A model generated the notes under the pieces. It did no database searches. It worked only from the letters and a program-made list of their open reading frames with translations, and was not told the origin of the DNA. The translations under genes and the position numbers were made by a program. Positions 1 to 17,800 of a stretch of 64,000 bases of DNA are shown here, in pieces. Origin of the DNA: Macrostomum lignano (lineage: Eukaryota); NCBI GenBank assembly GCA_002269645.1, contig NIVC01002578.1, positions 62,001 to 126,000 on the forward strand. Direction: 5' to 3'. How positions within the stretch are numbered: the first letter of the stretch is position 1; each line of letters begins with the position of its first letter.

Positions 1-368
1 TGGCTGATTGGCTGATTGATTGGTTGATTGGTTGATTTATTGATTGATTGATGGATTGATTAGTTGATTGATTGATTGATTGATTTAATTGATCCATTGG
101 TTAATTGATTACTTGATTGATTTATTGATTGGTTGATTGATTGATTAGTTGATTGATTGGTTGATTGATTGGTTGATTGATTGGTTGATTGATTGGTTGA
201 TTGATGAATTGATTAGTTGATTGGTTGATTGATTTATTAATTGGTTAATTGATTATTTGATTGATTGATTATTTCGTTGATTGATTGATTGATTGATTTA
301 TTGATTTATTGATTGATTAGTTCGTTGATTGATTTATTTATTTATTAATTAGTTGATTGATTGATTAG
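1..368. repeat. Degenerate (TGAT/GATT)n microsatellite in an Rh intron
   Basis: Read directly from the sequence. Confidence 0.95.
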
Positions 369-445
369 CTGACTAAAAAAATAAACAAATAGATGAACTG
401 TTTAAACTAACATTTTCCAAAACCCCAATAACCCGTACGCAACAG

Positions 446-1589
446 AAGCGGCTTCGCGCCAACAACTTCCTCGACACCTGCGGGGTGAACAATCTGCATG
501 GAATGCCAGGAATCCTGGCCGCTCTCTTCGGAATTCTTTACTCGGGTCTGGCCTCGTTTGATGAATACGGATATGGGTGAGTCGGGGCTGGCTGTTTGCT
601 CTCAAATCACAGATGTCTTGGAGCTGACGTCGCTAAGTAAATTGTCAAAATACCTCGTTGTAAAGGAACCTTTGACAGCATTGACACTTAATACACGTTT
701 ATTGTGACTGACGTGGCTCAATTTGGCGCCAATGAAACCTCCGTGTGGCGCCACCATGGTTAGTTTAGCGCCACTGATCCGACAATGAGTGTGGCGCCAC
801 CGACCAATAAATCTGGCGCCACCGACAAATCCATTTGGCGCCACCGACCATCTATTTGGTGCCACCGACCATCCATTTGGCGCCACTGACAAATCCATTT
901 GGCGCCACCGACAAATCGATTTGGCGCCACCGACCATTCATTTGGCGCCACCGACTAATCAGTGTGGCGCCATCAACCAATCGATGTGACGCCACTGACG
1001 AATCAATTTCATCATTCATCACTGATTTGTCGAATGTATGAGCCCCTGGGTCTTTTGGCACTTCGATCGACAGATTTTTCTCCCTGCAAACTGCCCCCCC
1101 CCCGCCCAGTCTCTACCAGATCTTTCCGGCCCGGGCGCCGAAGATGGCCAACGGCAGTTTCACTTTTACTCTGAAAGACGGCGAACAGGCGATTGCCGAG
1201 GGCGAAGGAAGAACGGCCGGCATGCAGGCCGCCTATCAGGCCGCCGCCGCCAGCATGACCCTGCTCTGCGCCATCATGGGCGGCCTGCTCACAGGTGAGC
1301 AGCCGGGGCGTGTGTCACTCTATCCGTGTGCCACTCTATCCGTGTGTCACTCTATCCGTGTGTCACTCTATCCGTGTGTCACTCTATCCGTGTGTCACTC
1401 TATCCGTGTGTCACTCTATCCGTGTGTTACTCTATCCATGTGCCACTCTAATCCGTGTGTCACTCTATCCGTGTGTCACTCTATCCGTGTGCCACTCTAT
1501 CCGTGTGTCACTTTATCCGTGTGTCACTAACTAACTTACTTACTAACTAACTGACTAACTAACTAACTAACTAACTTACTAACTAACTG

Positions 1590-1620
<31 letters not shown>

Positions 1621-1969
1621 TACTAACTAACTGACTAACTAACTAACTAACTAACTAACTTACTAATTAACTAACTAACTAACTAACTCACTAACTCACT
1701 AACTAACTAACTAACTAACTAAAAAACAACTTGTACCCTATCTTCCTCAACCAGGCTTCGTACTCCGCCTTCCATTCCTTGACAACGTGCCCACCGCCGA
1801 CTTCTTCCTGGACAATCCTGTGTGGAACGTGCCCGAAGACTACGACGGCAAGCAGCACCGGCCGAAGCGTCGGGAAGGCAGTCGGGCTTCGGGCGATGCC
1901 GGTGCGGCCTCGGCTCTGATCGCTGCCGGCGATGGGAAACAGCGAGATGAAGCCGAGGAAGGAGTCTGA
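446..1969 (+). CDS. Rh-type (Rh50/RhCG-like) ammonium transporter, last three coding exons (5' part lies upstream of the window)
   Basis: Exons 446-576, 1110-1294 and 1755-1969 with AG/GT boundaries and consistent phases (2, 1). Translation: [44 protein letters not shown]|[10 protein letters not shown]...[30 protein letters not shown]|[29 protein letters not shown]...EEGV*. DTCGxNNLHGxPG and G-R-x-A-G-x-Q-A-x-Y-Q are hallmark Rh-family segments. Confidence 0.93.
721..996. repeat. About 21-bp imperfect repeat with a TGGCGCCAC(C/T)GA core, Rh intron
   Basis: About 12 GGCGCC-containing units. Confidence 0.85.
1309..1527. repeat. 16-bp minisatellite TGTGTCACTCTATCCG, about 13 copies
   Basis: Read directly; begins about 15 nt after the Rh donor at 1295. 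Confidence 0.95.
1526..1720. repeat. (CTAA)n microsatellite
   Basis: Read directly; ends about 35 nt before the Rh acceptor at 1754. Confidence 0.95.
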
Positions 1970-2112
1970 TTGAAAAACCGGACTGGTTTCCGATGAATTC
2001 AGGCCCCAGGGCAAGAGAATTATACATAATTTAATAACAGGAATTAGGAAACTTTTGTTTAATAAGGCTTGAAATTCAAGCTGCTAAGATTTACTAAGAG
2101 ATTTCTAATTAA

Positions 2113-2433
2113 TGATTTAGCGCTTCCATCACTGATTCAGCGCTTCCATCACTGATTCAGCGCTTCCATCACTGATTTAGCGCTTCCATCACTGATTTAG
2201 CACTTCCATCACTGATTTAGCGCTTCCATCACTGATTTAGCGCTTCCATCACTGATTTAGTGGTTCCATCACTGATTTAGCGCTTCCATCACTGATTTAG
2301 CGCTTCCATCACTGATTTAGCGCTTCCATCACTGATTCAGCGCTTCCATCACTGATTCAGCGCTTCCATCACTGATTTAGCGCTTCCATCACTGATTTAG
2401 TGGTTCCATCACTGATTTAGCGCTTCCATCACT
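2113..2433. repeat. 20-bp minisatellite TGATTTAGCGCTTCCATCAC, 16 copies
   Basis: Read directly. Confidence 0.95.
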
Positions 2434-2996
2434 TTATATATATTTTATGATTTTATACGTTCTTTGCTACTTGTGTAGTGATCAGTAGTATCATTATCAG
2501 TAGTATCATTGATGTGCGTTGCAGTATGAAACATTTCATTAAGAAAAGCTTGCCAAAAACGTTACAGTAATAAAAAATTATACAAATTTAGCTAATGGGA
2601 TTACATCATTGAATATAATTTTTTCCATACTAATAATTATTTTAGTCTTTTACTATTTAAAATTAAGCTATCATAGCTTGTATTTTAATCCCATCATGTT
2701 TGGTTCTTGCGATTCCTCGCCTACATGCGGTGGAAATAAGTGCTCACTGATTGCTCAAAACCATCTTTGATCTGCTTTTCAAGTTAATTATTAAAACAAC
2801 CTTAACTATATTTATTCGACTCTTAACTGACTCTATTGATAGAATTGCATAAGTATTCATTTTTGATTAATGAACTCTTAACAATACACGACAAAGCTCG
2901 TATTAGTCTAGCTTTGCTCGAACTAACTAAACAGTAAAGTTGTTTTTCTTCTATCTTAGTGACACATTTTAAACAGTGTTTCGTGCTTGCAGTGGA

Positions 2997-3492
2997 CACC
3001 AAGAGACAGGAACCCCCACCAAGAGACAGGAACCCCCACCAAGAGACAGGAACCCCAACTAAGAGACAGGAACCCCCACCAAGAGACAGGAACCCCAACC
3101 AAGAGACAGGAACCCCCACCAAGAGACAGGAACCCCAACCAAGAGACAGGAACCCCCACCAAGAGACAGGAACCCCAACTAAGAGACAGGAACCCCCACC
3201 AAGAGACAAGAACCCCCACCAAGAGACAGGAACCCCCACCAAGAGACAGGAACCCCAACTAAGAGACAGGAACCCCCACCAAGAGACAGGAACCCCCACC
3301 AAGAGACAGGAACCCCCACCAAGAGACAGGAACCCCAACTAAGAGACAGGAACCCCCACCAAGAGACAAGAACCCCCACCAAGAGACAGGAACCCCCACC
3401 AAGAGACAGGAACCCCAACTAAGAGACAGGAACCCCCACCAAGAGACAGGAACCCCCACCAAGAGACAGGGTGGCGCCCACCCAAGAGACAG
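2997..3492. repeat. 20-bp minisatellite CCAAGAGACAGGAACCCCCA, about 25 copies
   Basis: Read directly. Confidence 0.95.
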
Positions 3493-4347
3493 AAATTAAA
3501 ACTCTAACGAGAACCCATTTGACATACTGCTCGGAGATCTTAATACGCTACAATTCAGATTATAGCTGGTTGTTCTCTGAGTCGTTTCACCCACGCTACT
3601 CTGCCATTGATTTTAACTAGGAAGCTCACTGCTCAAAGTGCTTCAGTTATTCGATTTTCGTCTTATATCGATTCGATCTAAGTTGAGAAAGAGACCGCCA
3701 GCAACTTAAAGGAGTAGTAGAAAACCATTTTATTTTCTGTCTAAAACTTCTGCTACTAAAAGTACAGCTAACAGCGGTCTGAGCTGTGTTACCTGCTACC
3801 ATCAGTTATCATTGGCCCGTGTGCTATGTGCGATAATTGGCAAACCAGGTTCGCAGGACGCTGAAGAGGCGTCACTGGAGTGGTGTGTATAGAGAGATAA
3901 AAGGAGGCCAATTGTGAGCACTGGAGTGGCTGATAGATTGATTGCAAGAGAAAAGTTTGTTGGCTTGAGTGCGGCTGTGATGGTTGAAGGGGGGGGGGCC
4001 TGGCTGCCACGACTGAGGAACAAAATGTTTGGGATAAGCTGGAGACGAAAAGAGGGAAGAGGATTGGCTGTCGAGCCGCCTCCCCTGCCCTCTTATCTTC
4101 GTCGCTTCTCTTCCCTACCTCAGCGAGCCATCCTTCTCGCCATACCAATTCAGGCTTTCTCTCTTCCTCCAGGAGCAGGCCACCAACCCACCCGGACAGT
4201 ATAGGGAAGAGAAAAGAAGGAAGCTGGATATTAAAAAAGATCTGAACTGTCTTCGGCAGGAATTGGCGCGGTCGGACCAAAAAAGTAATGTGTAAGGTAA
4301 AACTGCGTGGACAGAGAAACTAAGTTATTAAAAAAATCAAGGATAAG

Positions 4348-4492
4348 ATGGACCTCATCCGCAAGCTGTTCAGCTGCTGCCCGCCAACTTTGATGCTGTT
4401 TGGTGGGCGCCGGGAGTCCGCCAGCTCAGATGCCGACAGTTTTGTGCCGTTGCGCGGACGCAATTATAAGCCGGGTGCGACAACTGGGTCTG
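4348..4492 (+). CDS. Probable first coding exon of the C2 gene (MDLIRKLFSCCPPTLMLFGGRRESASSDADSFVPLRGRNYKPGATTGS)
   Basis: ATG at 4348 with an open frame to a strong donor (G|GTGAGT) after 4492. It ends in phase 1 while exon 6476 needs phase 0, so at least one intermediate exon is required. Candidate: acceptor at 5643, then AMALDGLKVPPPAYYMNG...; its donor is unresolved. Confidence 0.5.
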
Positions 4493-4552
4493 GTGAGTCC
4501 GCCTCGATATGAGGATGCAGGATCTGTCTCAACCATGCGGCACTGTTAGCTA

Positions 4553-5440
4553 AGACGTGCTGCCACCAGTGCAGTTATCTAGGACATTCTATCCGCCACG
4601 GGTGCAGTTATCTAGGACATTCTATCCGCCATCGGTGCAGTTATCTAAGACATTCTATCCGCCATCGGTGCAGTTATCTAGGACATGGTGTCCGCCATCG
4701 GTGCAGTTATCTAGGACACGCTGTCCGCCATCGGTGCAGTTATCTAGGACTTGCTGTCCGCCATCGGTGCAGTTATCTAAGACATGCTGTCCGCCATCGG
4801 CGCAGTTATCTAGGACATTCTATCGGCCATCGGTGCTGTTATCTAGGACATTCTATCTGCCATCGGTGCAGTTATCTAGAACATTCTGTCTGCCATCGGT
4901 GCAGTTATCTAGGACATTCTATCCGCCATCGGTGCTGTTATCTAGGACATTCTATCTGCCATCGGTGCAGTTATCTAGAACATTCTGTCTCCCATCGGTG
5001 CAGTTATCTAGGACATCCTATCCGCCATCGGTGCAGTTATCTAGGACATGCTGTCCGCCATCGGTGCAGTTATCTAGGACTTGCTGTCCGCCATCGGCGC
5101 AGTTATCTAGGACTTGCTGTCCGCCATCGGTGCAGTTATCTAGGACTTGCTGTCCGCCATCGGTGCAGTTATCTAGGGCATTCTATCCGCCAACGGTGCT
5201 GTTATCTAGGACATTCTATCCGCCACCAGTGCAGTTATCTAGGACATGCTGTCCGCCATCGGTGCAGTTATCTAGGACATTCTATCCGCCATCGGTGCAG
5301 TTATCTAGGACATTCTATCCGCCATCGGTGCAGTTATCTAGGACATTCTATCCGCCATCGGTGCAGTTATCTAGGACATGCTGTCTATCACCAGTGCAGT
5401 TACTTAGGACACTCTCTAGGACTTTTTGCAGTTATCTAGG
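4553..5440. repeat. 33-bp minisatellite CTATCCGCCATCGGTGCAGTTATCTAGGACATT, about 26 copies
   Basis: Read directly; it gives the 11-aa periodic ORF PPSVQLSRTFY. Confidence 0.95.
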
Positions 5441-6117
5441 ACTGAGAAGTTTAATAAAAAAAGAACAAAATTCGGCTTTCTTGACTAAAAACAGTCTTTA
5501 ATCGGTTGGTTTAACTAAACTGAAAATAGAAAAGTGCTCTTTCTGACCCGGCATACCTTCAATAACAAACAAATTCGTATATATGGGAGTAATAAGCAGC
5601 CTCACAAAAGGCAGCAGTAAAGTACTTTTGAGTTTTTTTACAGCCATGGCATTGGACGGATTGAAGGTCCCCCCTCCGGCTTACTATATGAACGGCCTAA
5701 GCACGGATGATCCCATCAATCACGAAAGTCGCGGCTTAATTCCGCTTAGCCTAAACGAGCTCAGAATTTGGGCCATCGTTCACGAAATTTAATTAACATA
5801 ATTAATTTGCGAGAAACTGCTGGAATTACGAGCGTAATATTAAAAAGATCGACTCAAAAGTTGTGTATTCAAGATCAAACAAACAAACCAATGATTGATT
5901 CGCTGAAAAGTCTATTTGAACTTTACCGGACACAGTTTTGCATATGCCATGTGTTTCAGTAATATTTTGTTTTAATACGAACACCATTATAGCGTAAAAA
6001 ACTTTAGCGATTGATTGGTAGAGCGCTTGACTAACACTCTCTCTCCGAAACGGAGCGTGACTTCGCATCTGCGCCGGCTCTTGAGGCTCTGCCTCCGCTC
6101 AGGAAATCGCATAGGCT

Positions 6118-6470
<353 letters not shown>

Positions 6471-6475
6471 TCCAG

Positions 6476-11859
<5,384 letters not shown>

Positions 11860-11954
11860 CCTGCGGACATTTAAGCGGGTGTTTTATTAATGTGTTTTTC
11901 CTTAAGCAGATGCGGCAGAGTCATTGTTTTAATGAAGTGAGAGGTTTGGATGGA

Positions 11955-12390
11955 TGTGAGGGCTTTGATAAGGGTGAGGGGTTCAAATTAGGGGTGGAGG
12001 GGTTCAGATAAGGGATGAGGGGTTCAAATTAGGGGTGGAGGGGTTCAGATAAGGGGTGAGGGGTTCAGATAAGGGTGAGGGGTTCAGATAAGGGGTGAGG
12101 GGTTCAGATAAGGGGTGAGGGGTTCAAATTAGGGGTGAGGGATTCAGATAAGGGGTGAGGGGTTCAGATAAGGGGTGAGGGGTTCAGATAAGGGGTGAGG
12201 GCTTCAGATAAGGGGTGAGGGGTTCAGATAAGGGGTCAGGGGTTCAGATAAGGGGTGAGGGGTTCAGATAAGGGGTCAGGGGTTCAGATAAGGGGTGAGG
12301 GGTTCAGATAAGGGGTCAGGGGTTCAGATAAGGGGTGAGGGGTTCAGATAAGGGGTTCAGATAAGGGATGAGGGGTTCAGATAGGGGTGA
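11955..12390. repeat. 20-bp G-rich minisatellite GGGTTCAGATAAGGGGTGAG, about 21 copies
   Basis: Read directly; about 100 nt after the C2 gene stop. Confidence 0.95.
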
Positions 12391-12572
12391 TGGTTACGGA
12401 TAAGTGTGTATCGAGTGTTTGGGTGTTTAGGTTGTAGGCGTTGTGTGTTAAGCTGGAGCTGTAGATGGGGGTTTAGTTTGGGAAACAAACATTTTCAGTC
12501 TTAATAAAAAGAGTAGCTAGTGGCTTTTCCGCTTGACATTTTTGTTTCCAATTGCTGGCTTTATCGTGGCCA

Positions 12573-12573
<1 letters not shown>

Positions 12574-12621
<48 letters not shown>

Positions 12622-12622
12622 G

Positions 12623-12710
<88 letters not shown>

Positions 12711-12832
12711 TCTGTCTGTCTATCTGTCTGTCTGTCTGTCTGTCTGTCTTCTGTCTGTCTATCTGTCTGTCTGTCTGTCTGTCTGTCTGCCTGTCTGTCT
12801 GTCTGTCTGTCTGCCTGTCTGTCTGTCTGTCT
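12574..12832. repeat. (GTCT)n microsatellite
   Basis: Read directly. Confidence 0.95.
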
Positions 12833-14816
12833 ATCCGTCGGTAAAATACACACACGACTAACGAAATAATTTGTGTTGTTGATGTCGATATTCTACATTT
12901 ATTGTCAAGTTTTTAAATGCTAGACTTGTACACGTCGAATGAGTCAATCTCTCTGCGCGATCATTCCTCGCTTAAAGTGAAGAAAATGTGTCGAAAATTT
13001 AGTTAGCGTAACAAATTATTTTAAATCTTGTTGTGTTTGTTAAAGTGCGCAAACGTATAAGTTACAGACGCAAGATGCAGCTTTCTTTTATGAATTGCTA
13101 TATTTCTTAGGCAATTATTCGCGTGTCCTACGTTTAGAAGTATCTAGTTTTGTCTCAAATATTTTTATTACGAGCTATCTTGAGATACTGCTAATAGGAG
13201 AAAGTATAAGAAGCAATGTGACGTAACCCAGGCTTTTCATAGGGAATCTTAATTTTACGAGCGTAGCTGGTGAATGAGCGGTTTAAACTACGATGCCCCT
13301 AAGCTCCAGGATTCCAAGGGGTGGATAATAGATAACGCCATCTTAAAATTTTTCCCTCCTAGATGGGTTCGATGCAGCAAGAGGTCCGAGAGCCACTTTG
13401 TGGTGCTCATCCTACGGGGACTTATTTAGAAGTATTGTTACTGCTATAATTATTTGGTTAAATTCGGCTCGTACTCGGATGATCTTCCACTCTGATCCTC
13501 AGCATCTAGTCCAGGCCCTGCGACAGCCGACAGGTAGGCCGGGGGCGCACTCACTACTCACGTTTCATAGCACGTCTCATAGTAAATAAGCAAACAGATA
13601 GAAGCAAACTAGTTGAATAGCTATGCCCTGAATTACTGGCCCTAAACTTGGCCTTAAATGCTCAGTAAATTATTAAAACGGAATTAGTAAGTAAGGATTG
13701 AAAAATTAGGAGATGATGAGCAATGGGGGGGGGGCGACCGGGCTGACTATACCCAAGGCAACAGAGAAAGAAATACCTTACAGACGCGGCCGATGACGGG
13801 CAGGGCTGGTTGGCACGGTGGTCGTCGGATAGTCGATAAGCATCCCGGCCTGGGGCGCAGGAATCACATGGAAAAAGGCAGGGTGCGCGAAAATTACTGG
13901 GGCCCAGGACGTGCCTACGTCACTTGACAGGATTACTTTTTTATATTAACTTTAAATTCAAGGTAAACTTTAATTTAGTTAAACTCGATGTTGAGATATA
14001 CCTGTAAAAGTCCATACAGTATTTAAAAGAATACTCAAAAGTAATAAATTTGAGCTAAACTGTGAAGTTAGGTTAAAACAAAAAACGGCTTAAAGTATTT
14101 TTCTATAAAATATGGATTGTTAATTCTATTTTTGCATGTAACTGTTTTAAGAGGCAGTAATGTTCAAGAAAAAAGAATCACGCGGTCGAATGTGCAACAT
14201 CGTGTAATGGATTGACTTGATTTTATTTCTTAAATGTCAAGATTATTTTACAAATGTTATTCCATTTCTAAACTGCACCATACAAAATATTTTTAAGGAA
14301 GTGAAATGTTCACTTTGCACTGCAATAAATTTCAACGTTCTGTTAAAAAGTATGTCAGTTTATTTTTGACAGTTTATCTTGCGCTAAAATTCATTTGAGC
14401 AACATGATTTTCACAACATTTTAACAAATATTTAATAATTTCCATGAGAAGTGAAAAACACTTGAATTAAAAAATAACACAGGGTCAGTTTCAAAGCTGT
14501 ATAAAATTTTTAATGACGAACTTAAAGTCACAAAACAACAATATTTTATGCTCGTGCGGTAATGAAAAAAAATGTTTGTACGAACTATTTAAATAATAAA
14601 AAGTTAATTAATGGCCCTTTTAAAAACTGTTAAACACCGCAAATTTTCAATTTTATTTATGAGCGTAATAACATTTTCGGGGATAAATACAAATAAAAAT
14701 AGTTTGCATGGTTATGTTTCTTGATTTCGCGTCAAATTAAACCTCTATAGCTCACGTTTCAACCGAAAAAAAATTCAAATGACCAATGGATCATATCGAT
14801 CACATCGATTTACCAA

Positions 14817-17800
14817 CTAGCCAATGGGCGTTGGCTGGCGTTTGGAATACTGGGCGTGGCGCCAGGATTCCCCGCTGCCATTGCTGTTTCGGCCAGACTG
14901 TTGAGCCGTCTGCTCCTTCTCTCCGTTCCACGGGCTCTTGTCTCGGTAGATGTTCAGATTTCGATTCTGTTGGTTTTCATTCGATTTTTTGTTTTTTTGT
15001 CTGATTTTTTTTGTTAATTTTTTGGAGTGAACTGATCACTTTAATAGCTCAGTAAAATGCTAAATGTTCTTCACTGATCCTTGAAGTGAACTTCTACCCT
15101 ATTCACCGGTCCTACAGTGACTTGCTGTAACCCCCACTCACTGGCTTAGCAGTATTCTGTTGCTTTGAAGGCTGTGGGTGCCTGGCTCTGGTCTCCGGCA
15201 CCGGCTGCACAGAATCCGGAGCAGCGCTTGGAGCTGAAAGTTTGGTCACCAGTGCCCAGATGCTCAATGCCAGAATTGAGACCAGCATCAGACCGGCGAG
15301 TGCTAGCACTGCTATGCCCCAGGGTGTCTGGTACCACGGAGTTGAAGAGGCGGCTGCTTCCGCGTACCTGGATAGGTGGGCAAGATTTTGAAGTGATACT
15401 TTTGTTATAAAACAGTCGTAGCAGTCGTAGTTGGTGGAGCTTAATATGGGTAAATATGGGTTTTCTGTGAGGGTTGATATGTGTTTTCTGTGAGGGTTGA
15501 TATGTGTTTTCTATGAGGGTTAATATGGGTTTTCTATGAACGTTAATATGGGTTTTCTGTGAGGGTTGATATGGGTTTTCTGTGAAGGTTAATATGGGTT
15601 TCTGTGAGGGTTAATATGGGTTTTCTGTGAAGGTTAATATGGGTTTTCTGTGAGGGTTGATATGGGTTTTCTGTGAGGGTTGATATGGGTTTTCTGTGAG
15701 GGTTAATATGGGTTTTCTGTGAAGGTTAATATGGGTTTTCTGTGAGGGTTGATATGGGTTTTCTGTGAGGGTTGATATGGGTTTTCTATGAGGGTTAATA
15801 TGGGTTTTCTGTGAGGGTTGATATGGGTTTTCTGTGAGGGTTGATATGGGTTTTCTGTGAGGGTTGATATGGGTTTTCTGTGAAGGTTAATATGGGTTTT
15901 CTGTGAGGGTTGATATGGGTTTTCTGTGAGGGTTGATATGGGTTTTCTATGAGGGTTAATATGGGTTTTCTGTGAGGGTTGATATGGGTTTTCTGTGAGG
16001 GTTGATATGGGTTTTCTATGAGGGTTGATATGGGTTTTCTGTGAGGGTTGATATGGGTTTTCTGTGAGGGTTGATATGGGTTTTCTGTGAGGGTTGATAT
16101 GGGTTTTCTATGAGGGTTAATATGGGTTTTCTGTGAGGGTTGATATGGGTTTTCTGTGAGGGTTGATATGGGTTTTCTGTGAGGGTTGATATGGGTTTTC
16201 TATGAGGGTTGATATGGGTTTTCTGTGAGGGTTGATATAGGTTTTCTGTGAGGGTTGATATGGGTTTTCTGTGAAGGTAAATATGGGTTTTCTGTGAGGG
16301 TTGATATGGGTTTTCTATGAGGGTTAATATGGGTTTTCTGTGAGGGTTGATATGGGTTTTCTATGAGGGTTAATATGGGTTTTCTGTGAGGGTTGATATG
16401 GGTTTTCTGTGAGGGTTGATATGGGTTTTCTATGAGGGTTAATATGGGTTTTCTGTGAGGGTTGATATGGGTTTTCTGTGAAGGTTAATATGGGTTTTCT
16501 GTGAGGGTTGATATGGGTTTTCTGTGAGGGTTGATATGGGTTTTCTATGAGGGTTCATATGGGTTTTCTGTGAGGGTTGATATGGGTTTTCTGTGAGGGT
16601 TGATATGGGTTTTCTATGAGGGTTAATATGGGTTTTCTGTGAGGGTTGATATGGGTTTTCTGTGAGGGTTGATATGGGTTTTCTATGAGGGTTAATATGG
16701 GTTTTCTGTGAGGGTTGATATGGGTTTTCTGTGAGGGTTGATATGGGTTTTCTGTGAAGGTAAATATGGGTTTTCTGTGAGGGTTGATATGGGTTTTCTA
16801 TGAGGGTTAATATGGGTTTTCTGTGAGGGTTGATATGTGTTTTCTATGAGGGTTAATATGGGTTTTCTGTGAACGTTAATATGGGTTTTCTGTGAGGGTT
16901 GATATGGGTTTTCTGTGAGGGTTGATATGGGTTTCTGTGAGGGTTAATATGGGTTTTCTGTGAAGGTTAATATGGGTTTTCTGTGAGGGTTGATATGGGT
17001 TTTCTGTGAGGATTGATATGGGTTTTCTGTGAGGGTTGATATGGGTTTTCTGTGAGGGTTGATATGGGTTTTCTGTGAGGGTTAATATGGGTTTTCTGTG
17101 AAGGTTAATATGGGTTTTCTGTGAGGGTTGATATGGGTTTCTGTGAGGGTTAATATGGGTTTTCTGTGAAGGTTAATATGGGTTTTCTGTGAGGGTTGAT
17201 ATGGGTTTTCTGTGAGGATTGATATGGGTTTTCTGTGAGGGTTGATATGGGTTTTCTGTGAGGGTTAATATGGGTTTTCTGTGAGGGTTGATATGGGTTT
17301 TCTATGAGGGTTGATATGGGTTTTCTGTGAGGGTTGATATGGGTTTTCTGTAAGGGTTAATATGGGTTTTCTGTGAAGGTTAATATGGGTTTTCTGTGAG
17401 GGTTGATATGGGTTTTCTGTGAGGGTTGATATGGGTTTTCTATGAGGGTTAATATGGGTTTTCTGTGAGGGTTGATATGGGTTTTCTGTGAGGGTTGATA
17501 TGGGTTTTCTGTGAGGGTTAATATGGGTTTTCTGTGAAGGTTAATATGGGTTTTCTGTGAGGGTTGATATGGGTTTTCTATGAGGGTTGATATGGGTTTT
17601 CTGTGAGGGTTGATATGGGTTTTCTGTGAAGGTTGATATGGGTTTTCTGTGGAGCTGACTAACAACTATATTTTCAGATCCCAACAAACTCATAACTATG
17701 TGAGGCCGGACTCTTACCCCTCAACCTTGACAACCGTGGCGGAGGAGAACGCCGCAGTCTGCAGCATCGCAGTCGGAGTTCCGTCAGTGTTCAAACGCCA

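Noticed and set aside
3705-3790. TTAAAGGAGTAGTAG as a Kolobok-type transposon end
   Set aside because: No matching opposite terminus was found in the window.
3786-3900. CVTCYHQLSLARVLCAII segment as a rabphilin zinc-finger exon
   Set aside because: The Cys pattern is incomplete, an in-frame stop follows shortly, and there are no usable splice sites linking it to the C2 gene.
4557-5501. 314-aa ORF (PPSVQLSRTFY)n as a real gene or exon
   Set aside because: It coincides exactly with a 33-bp intronic minisatellite; openness follows from a stop-free unit, and there are no supporting splice phases.
13270-13930. SINE or ribozyme between the convergent C2 and cadherin 3' ends
   Set aside because: There is an isolated GGGTTCGAT and GC-rich patches, but no properly spaced A box and no complete hammerhead (CTGATGA...GAAA with stems) or HDV fold that I could support.
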